From the NCBI GenBank assembly GCA_002633005.1, contig NMRA01000164.1:222365-259566 (forward strand): 37,202 nt of DNA, given 5' to 3'. Under the pieces are notes generated by a model. That model was not told where the DNA came from and did not search any database. It worked only from the letters and a program-made list of their open reading frames with translations. Source of the stretch: Phoronis australis (Eukaryota; Animalia; Phoronida). A program made the position numbers and the translations under genes. Of the stretch, positions 22,501 through 29,012 are shown in pieces; positions within the stretch are counted from its first letter, which is position 1; every line of letters starts with the position of its first letter.

Positions 22501-24418
22501 TTCGGCGAATTATGCCTCGCACCGACTAAACCATCAAAGTCACGTTGTTATGAATACCTTTTGCGTATAGAGGGACACCTTAGGAGGTTGGCGGTGTGTT
22601 TAATTCCTTCCAACTCGAACAAATACTTCCTTTATCGTCACTCGTTCAGTTCCCAAAATCGTGAACTCACCATTTTTATACTGCGCACGCTCCAATTTTT
22701 ATCGCGCTCGCTAGGTGATGTGACTTCATGACCTCAATCTTTAAATAGGCCAAAGGTGAGCCATTACGGTCTTGTCAGTCAAATCTTCGTTTCCAAAATG
22801 CCACCACTTATATACTTGTCTGTAATTGGCGTTACATGAAACTGATTGTATTTCAATGAATTATTGTTTGTATTTGATAAAAATAAATGCTGTTGATACG
22901 ACATTTAATAGTCTTTGTGCACATATCTGACATTTTAATGCTAAACAACACGGCAAATGCACAGCTGGTTCCCGGCAGCACGTACGCGAAGGGCGGGAAC
23001 TTCAGCTTTTAAAGTTCGCTGATAGGACCGCAACTTCTGATCTTCGGCCTGGTTAAAAGAATCTCTTGGCGTGCGCCGAGTGAAACTGTTGAATTCACGA
23101 TTTTGGGAACTGAAATAGGGACTGCTCGAAGAAAAAGTTTGAAACGGGAGTATTTGTTCGAATTGGAAGAAATTAAACACATCGACAACCTCCTAAGGTG
23201 TTCCTCTATGCGCAAAAGGTATTTATAACAATGTGACTTTGATGATTTAGTCGGTGCGAGGCATAATTCGCCGAAAAGCTTCCGGTGTATGGAGCGCCTA
23301 TAGGAGCTACATCGCCTCTGGTTCGGGCCAACAGAGGCAATGGTCATTGCCTAGGCTTTTGCCAGTTTTGGTATTTACTTGTTGTAGATGTGCTTCCGGT
23401 GAATTATATGAGCCTCTGTTAGCTACTCGCTAATGGGCAATTGCCTATTAGCTGAATGGTTAGCACGCTTGCCGGTTTTATGGGGGTCGCGGGTTCGATC
23501 CCCGGGTCGGGTAATCTCGGCTATTACTATCGTCCGGTTACCTATTGTCGTCAGGCTCCAAAGGTCGTCCGCCATCTTGTTTCGCGTGCAGCGCAACCAC
23601 GCGGGACTTAGCGTTCCAATTTCATAACGCTAAACCCTCGTGAGAGACCGCCCCGAGTTGGCTGCTGGAGCAACTCGGGGCGGTCTGGGATCAAGCGGAA
23701 AAACCACAGGGTAAATCTGTGGTCGACGAATCTATTCGGTCGATTACATTTTATTGCCCGTGGAGCCGCTAAGGGCTGCCTGAAGAAATATGACTCGCGC
23801 GTTTGTATTTTCGCCTTTTTCAATGACATGTAAAAGATTCATCAACAAATTCCTCGTAAAATTCTGAAAACAAGCGTTTTTCTCCCACGAAAATCGATGA
23901 AGTTTTGGCCGAGATATTTCACTTTCAGTCCAGGCTAGCCCTGCACACTCAGAGAATCGTCACACAAGATTACTACGCGGTAATGCGGTTTCACTGTCAA
24001 CAAAGGAAGACGTCAAAATCGACTTGTAATTGTCATTTTTAAACTATTTGCATGNNNNNNNNNNNNNNNNNNNNNNNNNNNNNNNNNNNNNNNNNNNNNN
24101 NNNNNNNAATAAAATGGCTGCCGAAGGCAGTGCACATTTGAAATAACTCGGCACAAATTAAAGAAAACTTCCGAATCGATGAATGCGGTATATCTGTGAG
24201 AGTTAAATCGAATCCTATTCAGATCATAACTTTGAAGTGGAATAATTCGGTGAGTACAACAGCAAGTCGGTTTTATGCTTAGGCGGACGAACATTGGGTT
24301 CCCCAGTATACATACTGATCCAATTACGACCTGTGTTCTCAAGATACAGTACGCTGTACCAATGATATCGCTAGTTTTTCAGTTAAGATACATCATGGCA
24401 TTCACGCTCACTTACCAT
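1446..24418 (-). CDS. COG7: Conserved oligomeric Golgi complex subunit 7, spliced CDS (20 exons in window, 3'-partial)
   Basis: The joined translation [24 protein letters not shown]...[16 protein letters not shown]...[11 protein letters not shown]...[29 protein letters not shown]...KQLVTDI is collinear with recalled human COG7 ([22 protein letters not shown]...). All introns are GT-AG with matching phases. Exons: 24416-24418, 20634-20723, 18903-19003, 18381-18465, 17647-17736, 17053-17121, 15736-15771, 14524-14644, 13824-13906, 13423-13533, 11631-11844, 9970-10172, 9022-9087, 8311-8452, 7589-7706, 6061-6164, 4930-5060, 3426-3509, 2307-2421, 1446-1577. The terminal exon (about 55 aa by homology) was not found in 1-1445. 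Confidence 0.97.
2307..2421 (-). CDS. COG7: COG7 exon 19
   Basis: ttccag|[38 protein letters not shown]|gtaggc. Confidence 0.96.
2685..2787. repeat. Imperfect inverted repeat (about 47-bp arms, 8-nt loop), probably a foldback MITE remnant
   Basis: ttaagtctggtctgcacgccacctgttggccacatcac pairs with gtaatgtggtcaacaggtggtgtgtagaacagacttaa. Confidence 0.75.
3091..3161. mobile_element. Tiny hAT-like MITE remnant
   Basis: Perfect 13-bp terminal inverted repeat CATGGGCAGCGCA...TGCGCTGCCCATG with internal GGGGGCT/AGCCCCC; no TSD detected. Confidence 0.45.
3426..3509 (-). CDS. COG7: COG7 exon 18
   Basis: ttgtag|[28 protein letters not shown]|gtttgt. Confidence 0.95.
4373..4627. repeat. Minisatellite, 36-bp unit x7
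   Basis: Consensus AACGTGTACAATTACAGTACAAGACAAAAGTAATCA repeated 7 times with few substitutions. Confidence 0.97.
4930..5060 (-). CDS. COG7: COG7 exon 17
   Basis: cttcag|(G)[43 protein letters not shown]|gtaagt. Confidence 0.94.
5421..5479. repeat. Tandem duplication, 31-bp period x2
   Basis: tgggcctataag(g/c)ttgcggagtcacttt occurs twice in tandem. Confidence 0.85.
5815..5905. repeat. Decayed dispersed repeat fragment (HINE-monomer-like)
   Basis: gatgagatcta...cata(t/c)caaat(t/c)tca...tcaagggatgc...gatacg...ccacagcg(c/t)catctt is shared with 9120-9230. Confidence 0.55.
6061..6164 (-). CDS. COG7: COG7 exon 16
   Basis: atctag|[34 protein letters not shown]|gtgagt. Confidence 0.92.
7589..7706 (-). 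CDS. COG7: COG7 exon 15
   Basis: attcag|(G)[38 protein letters not shown]|gtatgt. Confidence 0.93.
8311..8452 (-). CDS. COG7: COG7 exon 14
   Basis: ttccag|[21 protein letters not shown]...[16 protein letters not shown]|gtaaat. Confidence 0.95.
9022..9087 (-). CDS. COG7: COG7 exon 13
   Basis: ttgcag|[22 protein letters not shown]|gtaagt. Confidence 0.93.
9120..9230. repeat. Decayed dispersed repeat fragment (HINE-monomer-like)
   Basis: Direct similarity to 5815-5905; also resembles the monomers at 10480-11460. Confidence 0.55.
9970..10172 (-). CDS. COG7: COG7 exon 12
   Basis: tttcag|(G)[21 protein letters not shown]...[27 protein letters not shown]|gtaagt. Confidence 0.94.
10321..11540 (-). 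mobile_element. Non-autonomous Helentron-associated element (HINE/DINE-1-like), apparently complete
   Basis: On the minus strand: 5' subterminal repeat plus short IR (ATGTGCCCACATATTTATATGTGGGTGCAT), a short GTCY tract, degenerate tandem monomers of about 130-140 bp, then 3' subTIR GTGGGCACAT, hairpin CAATGC-TTA-GCGTTG and terminal CTTTTGTT. The 5' end is homologous to 35748-35850. Confidence 0.78.
11631..11844 (-). CDS. COG7: COG7 exon 11
   Basis: gtctag|[23 protein letters not shown]...[14 protein letters not shown]|gttagt. Confidence 0.93.
11892..12705. mobile_element. PIF/Harbinger-type (Tourist-like) MITE, 814 bp
   Basis: About 36-bp TIRs GGGCTGTTCCAG(T/C)AAAATC(C/T)GT(G/A)TGGGAGGGGGGGG with an exact TTA target-site duplication (11889-11891 and 12706-12708). 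Confidence 0.88.
13423..13533 (-). CDS. COG7: COG7 exon 10
   Basis: tgacag|[37 protein letters not shown]|gtaatg. Confidence 0.94.
13824..13906 (-). CDS. COG7: COG7 exon 9
   Basis: ttgtag|(D)[27 protein letters not shown]|gtacgt. Confidence 0.95.
14524..14644 (-). CDS. COG7: COG7 exon 8
   Basis: taacag|[40 protein letters not shown]|gtaagc. Confidence 0.96.
15736..15771 (-). CDS. COG7: COG7 exon 7 (36-nt mini-exon)
   Basis: ttacag|[12 protein letters not shown]|gtaagt; matches human ISAKLTGMQNSL. Confidence 0.92.
17053..17121 (-). CDS. COG7: COG7 exon 6
   Basis: ttttag|[23 protein letters not shown]|gtgagt. Confidence 0.95.
17647..17736 (-). CDS. COG7: COG7 exon 5
   Basis: caatag|[30 protein letters not shown]|gtaagc. 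Confidence 0.94.
18381..18465 (-). CDS. COG7: COG7 exon 4
   Basis: tttcag|[28 protein letters not shown]|gtggcg. Confidence 0.93.
18903..19003 (-). CDS. COG7: COG7 exon 3
   Basis: ttgtag|[33 protein letters not shown](R)|gtttgt. Confidence 0.95.
20115..20265. mobile_element. Possible small Harbinger-type MITE
   Basis: gtaagccatggtgg ... ccaccatgacttac inverted repeat (13/14 matching, including TAA/TTA flanks). Confidence 0.35.
20634..20723 (-). CDS. COG7: COG7 exon 2
   Basis: tttcag|[30 protein letters not shown]|gtgagt. Confidence 0.95.
21600..22112 (-). pseudogene. Degraded hAT-family transposase (PRKRIR/THAP12/ZMYM1-like clade)
   Basis: 22112-21933 translates as [12 protein letters not shown]...[36 protein letters not shown], matching the hAT SPKR..LCxTRW.ERH motif. 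A downstream [12 protein letters not shown] resembles the C-terminal dimerisation motif. Stops and deletions are present. Confidence 0.72.
22423..23353. mobile_element. Non-autonomous MULE/foldback-type DNA transposon, 931 bp
   Basis: Long TIRs 22423-22630 and 23146-23353 (13 mismatches in 208 bp by manual count), with a further block TTCAGTTCCCAAAATCGTGAA. The 9-bp flanks GACTTTTGC and GGCTTTTGC match at 8/9, consistent with a Mutator-type TSD. Confidence 0.85.
23383..23768 (+). mobile_element. tRNA-containing LTR-like unit (Helenus/TRIM-like) with degenerate PBS
   Basis: TGTA at 23383 and TACA at 23748, with an internal tRNA-like sequence. It is followed by tttattgcccgtggagcc, which resembles the tRNA-Lys PBS tggcgcccaacgtggggc. 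No second LTR is seen. Confidence 0.5.
23442..23513 (+). pseudogene. tRNA-derived sequence (Pol III A/B boxes), not a functional tRNA
   Basis: A box TAGCTGAATGG at 23449-23459 and B box GGTTCGATCCC at 23492-23502. D and T arms are largely intact, but the anticodon and acceptor stems do not pair well. Confidence 0.75.
24055..24107. other. Assembly gap (53 N)
   Basis: Run of n characters inside COG7 intron 1. Confidence 1.
24416..24418 (-). CDS. COG7: COG7 coding exon 1 (ATG only, preceded by 5'UTR)
   Basis: Minus strand reads gcgtcatATG|gtaagt, a consensus donor. The next exon starts in phase 0 with Asp2. Confidence 0.7.
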
Positions 24419-24995
24419 ATGACGCTTGTTTTTGAGGATCAGACTAAAATGTAGGCCTACGTGTCCAAGGTTTTTTAAACTCGTACACGTCCATTCTAAA
24501 AACTAGCGCTACCTGGTGGTGAAAGTAACAACAGTAAAATAAATTGCCTACTGAAAATCAACATCTGCAAGCAAGTTATTGTGGCTAAATTAGTAAAAAT
24601 GTGTTCTATTCTTCAATACTTCTATTTCCAAAACCATTGTTTATAGATTTCAGCTCAAGAATTTACAAAGAAATGGTGACCGAAATGCATGATAATGCGT
24701 CAGCTGATCAAGGGCATTATCTTCCTTTTCTGTTTTTCTTCAGCAGATCGATTTCAGTGACATTTCTCCGACTGTCCTCTAGTTATTTCTTAAAATCTGG
24801 ATGTCAGATGGCGATTGCGGTATTTTTTGAGAAAAAAGATGAAGTTAGACGGGCAATTTATCACTGATTGAAATTAAATTGTATCGAGGACTAAATTTGA
24901 GGCTGTAAGGCAGTTGAATTTGCCCTGTTTTCTGGCGTCACAAGACACCTTTTGACCTGTTTACATTGTTCACTGAGCCTGAGCCTGAGGAGACT
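24419..24995. promoter_or_regulatory. Probable bidirectional promoter / 5'UTR region between COG7 and the CUB-like gene
   Basis: The divergent ATGs are separated by 577 bp. A CTCF-consensus-like site lies at 24504-24520 (minus strand ACCACCAGGTAGCGCTA). Confidence 0.5.
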
Positions 24996-25089
24996 ATGAA
25001 GAGTGTGAAGTCTATTGTGGTGGTTTTGTTGCGCATGGCCATCTTCTTTTGTCTACAGCAGACTGCTGAGGCTAAACGAAATGTACGAT
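24996..25089 (+). CDS. Secreted CUB-domain-like protein, signal-peptide exon
   Basis: MKSVKSIVVVLLRMAIFFCLQQTAEAKRNVR has a basic N-region, a hydrophobic core and an A-E-A cleavage motif. It is followed by T|gtaagt (phase 1 donor), compatible with the exon at 35242. Confidence 0.72.
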
Positions 25090-25204
25090 GTAAGTACACA
25101 ACATTTTCCGTTTGTAGACAGTTCTCTTCTTGTCTTAGTAAGCCTTTGCCTTGGCTGTACTAGTTAAGCCTAAGATTACGGTAAGAAGTGTGGACTGTGG
25201 TACT

Positions 25205-25268
25205 GTCGCAGACCAAGTAGGCCACCCGACCAAGTTAACTTGGTCGGGTGGCCTACTTGGTCTGCGAC
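25205..25268. repeat. Perfect 64-bp palindrome
   Basis: GTCGCAGACCAAGTAGGCCACCCGACCAAGTT|AACTTGGTCGGGTGGCCTACTTGGTCTGCGAC; extends to 25200-25274 with one indel. Confidence 0.97.
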
Positions 25269-26865
25269 CAGTACTGCTCCATTGATGGTACATGCATTGC
25301 CTTAGTGGACCCTGATTTACTATAACCAGGCAACCATTGAATAATGGTTCCTGTACTTAAGTGGTTGAAACTGGTTCTCTAATTCATCCTGCACACCAAA
25401 GGCAAAGCCAAAGGTAATTGGGAATGCTCAAATTTTTTACCTTTTGATTGATGAAATAAAACATGTATATTAACAATAGTTACCCATGAATAAGAGATTA
25501 GATATAAACTGCCAAAACTGCAATTATTTCTCTTTCAATTTTTGTCTCAAAAAGGCAAATTATGGGTCAAGTGACGAAGAAAAGTCGTGACTTTGGCCTT
25601 AAGAAAACATGGCTGTCAACTGACGATTTTTACACTTGGCCACGTAAATTGCACTGTTAAGAGGACTTAACTACAAGAGGTATGAATCAAAAGACCATCC
25701 TTGTAGATAGAAGGACAAAGTTTATTGACAAGTACTAGAAAGTCTGAACTTGTTGAACTCTCTGATTTTCAGTATATTTTCTGTTAACAGTTATCTCTGG
25801 CTCCCAGACCTTACTGTTGGTTGATAAAATACATGTGAGAGCTATTCAGTATCAACCTAGTATGGCAAAACTAAGGCAGCTAGGCTGATGAATCAGCTAG
25901 GTATTCTGGTCTGTACACTAGAATATTTTCTATAAATTTCTCAATTAACGCTAGGTGAACTACTCAATATCAAAGTCATGTTACTTTGCTTTTTTGAGTA
26001 TAGATAGCAACCTGTGGAGGCAGTTGGAGTGTTTAAGTCCTTCCAACTTAAACAAATACTCCTGGAAATCAACATTTGTTTCTGAATAGTCCTTTATTCT
26101 ATCAGTGAAATGTTGAACTGAACCATTTCTGTTTTGATTGCATGATGTGCCTTTCTATAGTGCTTTTTACATTGAAGTCATCTTCCATGATCTAATGAGT
26201 GAGCCAGTCACTTTATGTACTGCGCTGATGATCTGCCAAAGTTCAGTAGTGCTTGATACTTGGCAGCCAAAGTCACACCTCTCATACCAAGAAGAGGAGA
26301 TATACTAGAAAGAAGTCTTAATTAGCGATATAATTACTAGCTTGAGTTTGAAGGGTTTAAAGACTTGAGAGACCTTGAAATGTACTTATAGCAACGCGAA
26401 TTTTGATGGTTTGTCCTGTGTGAGGCATGATGTGCTAAAATATTCTGGCGTATGGCAGCCGTATGTGATGACCACTGTCTGACCCAGCTTTGCCTTCCGG
26501 CGCAGTTCAAATGGTGGTACTGTCACGATAGAGATAACGTACCTAACACGGTCTGAGCAGGTCAAGTGTAAGTGTTAATCTTAGAAGTATCTATTTTGTT
26601 CAGTGATGCATGGTCGTACATGAAATGAGCTGTGGGACATCCTCAATTTTCTGCTTTCAATAAAGTTTTAAATTGCAGATTGCTATGCATGCTGGGAAGC
26701 CCTCTTGATCAAAACATTACTAATAATATAACTGTTTGTATATTCACACTGAGGTTCAAGGGGGCTATTCGACACGGTGTCGCTGCTGTACTAGTGGTGA
26801 TTGAATTGCGCATGCGTCCCTGTCGGCATGTAAACAGCTGGTAAAAAGACGGAGTTGTTATCAAA

Positions 26866-27770
26866 ATAGATCGTCGCGCTAAGCCTTATTATTGCTATTT
26901 TCCCGTGTGCAAATCTTCGACAGGTGGTCACAAATTCCCAAAAGACCTAAGGTTACTACAGGCTTGGAGAATTGTGATTAAAAGGGTCAACCAAGTGACA
27001 AAAAGTATGTGGATGCCGAAGCCTTTCGGTGTGTGGGCTCTATGTATTTTCATTGAGAGACTATAATCACGTTACTTGGTAAGTTTTTAGCTATTAGTTT
27101 CTTTCGACATCGCTCAGTGATGTTATCTCCAACAGTTACCCCACTGAATAACGGGTTTATTCAGAAACTCGCCCGTGACCCGGATTATAGGCTAGCAGCA
27201 CACATTGTCCTGGGTGGGAGTGCTCCGGCAATATAAGAGGTGCATGGGAGGTGCCGCTCAGAAGTCAAGGGTGACTTTTCACAGCAGTTACTTTTCAAAA
27301 CTATGATATGTCCAATAAAATTTTCTAGACGAGTGAGTTTCCTTATTTTATAGCGGACCCCACCCCCAGATTATAGTTACCAATTTAACATGAATGAGGA
27401 ATTCAGTAAATTCGTAACATTGCATTGGAATAAATATCGACACCTAGAATGAATTTTATTTGTTGAGATCAGAAACACATTTTAGGTGTCATGAAAATAA
27501 ACATTTTTAAATCACTTTTAGCCTGTTTCACATATTTTTATTCAGATCTTAAATAAGGCTCAGGTACAAAGATTATTAGTTTCTACACATAAACATGAAA
27601 TGTCAAGTAAGTTCTGCCTTACAATAATAGTTTTGTCTTGTGTTTTCTTTTATAATTTGCTAATATTTCTCTGACTATTCTGTTCTAGGTGAGAGAAAAC
27701 GACTGAAACCAGCTGCCTTACCGTCTATTTTACCTTCTGACAAAGTGAAAGCAGTCCTTCAGCAATATTC
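26866..27770 (+). pseudogene. THAP zinc-finger pseudogene, two exons (26866-27078 and from 27689)
   Basis: YCYFPVCKSSTGGHKFPKDLRLLQAWRIVIKR...WMPKP, then frameshifted VGSMYF (from VCSxHF), then TLL G|gtaagt ... ttctag|ERKRLKPAALPSIL (AVPTIF-box equivalent). The probable start codon has decayed to ATA. Confidence 0.8.
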
Positions 27771-28519
27771 TGAGAGAATCGTACCTCGTAATTCAGAAAG
27801 TCAGCCCTTGATATCCCTGATTATGGCTCTGTTTCATTGGGAAAATTGCAATTGTTTTTAACAAATAATGTTGTTCGGTTGTATGTATATGGTTGCTCAG
27901 TTTGCCATTTTGTTTTTAAATACACTGATTATTGTTTATTCTCGAATCTTGTGCACAGCAGATTCTTATCCAGCTAGCTATGATTGAAAACATACTTTGC
28001 TTGCATGTGGAACTTTTGTTATAGACAAGTTAACATAAAACTATTCAAAGGCCTTCTTAAGAAAGCTCTAAAATAGTTTCACATATAAACAGATCAAATG
28101 CAAACAAAGATAATACTTCGTTTTGATCACCGGACATTTCTATAGGTCAACAGGAAAATGACAATTCGCAAGCATAACCAATGATCACTTCAGCTTTATA
28201 AAGAAGCAGCACAACTGCACTATGTGGGGCTTTAAAACTGAAGAAATATAATGTGGTTTGAATAATTAATGACAAACTTGCCTGTTGATGAAAAATTTAT
28301 TCCATCCTCAAAGTGTAACATTAACAGGCTTTTTACTGACAATAAGACATTTGATGCAGTCCCTGAATGTCATTTCCGCGTAATGCGTACCAAATTGAAA
28401 AGTTTTTACCTTTAGTATAAAGCCTTTCTTCTGAAAGGAAAAGTTAATGTCACTCAGTGAGAAAGGACAGGTATTTATACCAGGTGCTTTTGGGTTTTCA
28501 TTTCACTGTGATCGAGTTT

Positions 28520-29012
28520 CAATAGCCTATAGAAGTGCTTGTAAAAAAGATCCAGTTTCGGCATGTGGCTTTCTTTCATATAACTCATTCAGCCTCAGTA
28601 TAGTCCACAATTAGATCCTTGGATGTAAACGCAACATCATATCACTTGACTCACTTTGTGCCCAAAATCTGACCCTGAACTAGACCAGAGTGTTACTAGG
28701 TCTTCTTTAGCTTTAGTCCCCCATGTTTCTTCCAGGAAAAGAAATAAGCCATTGTTGTCCACACAACTCATTGCATCCAAGGAGGCTGGCTGGTTTAGCA
28801 GTCAAATGTAGTTCCTCTTCATACACAAACAATCCACTGGCACATTTTCTTATGGTAACTTAGCACTGCGATTCACTTTTCTCCAGGGCCACTGGCTTGT
28901 TCATTGTGCCATGCAGCACTGCTGTTGTGTAGACGAAATGATGTGGGAAGAGAAAAGAGTAACAAAGCTTGTCTTGAAGTGGCCTTACCGGTAAAATGTC
29001 ACTGAACTTGAA
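28520..29012 (-). pseudogene. YqaJ-like (lambda-exonuclease family) nuclease pseudogene
   Basis: KFSDIL...TTAVLHGTMNKPVALEKSE...IRKCASGLFVYEEELHLTAKPASLLG ... LKLKKT**HSGLVQGQILGT...FTSKDLIV ... MPKLDLFYKHF follows the YqaJ motif order (G..NE..A, CGL.V, ASPDG, YY.QVQGQ, KL..FY). Many stops and frameshifts. Confidence 0.75.

Larger units (their letters stand above)
26759..29012. mobile_element. Decayed ISL2EU/Harbinger-related DNA transposon (THAP + YqaJ-like genes)
   Basis: Convergent THAP (+) and YqaJ-like nuclease (-) pseudogenes. Candidate left end AGGGGGCTATTC at 26759; the right end was not identified. Confidence 0.62.

Noticed and set aside
22429-23347. Two near-identical ORFs (22429-22731 + and 23009-23347 -) starting [12 protein letters not shown]
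   Set aside because: They are translations of the two TIRs of the foldback element and show no protein-like features.
23442-23513. Functional tRNA gene
   Set aside because: The anticodon stem does not pair and the acceptor stem has several mismatches.
26465-26556. C/D-box snoRNA candidate (GTGATGA...CTGA)
   Set aside because: No terminal stem and no recognisable rRNA antisense element; such short motifs are expected by chance.
28190-28440. Plus-strand peptide ...MRTKLKSFYL*Y resembling a second YqaJ C-terminus
   Set aside because: The match is too short and upstream motifs could not be reconstructed convincingly.
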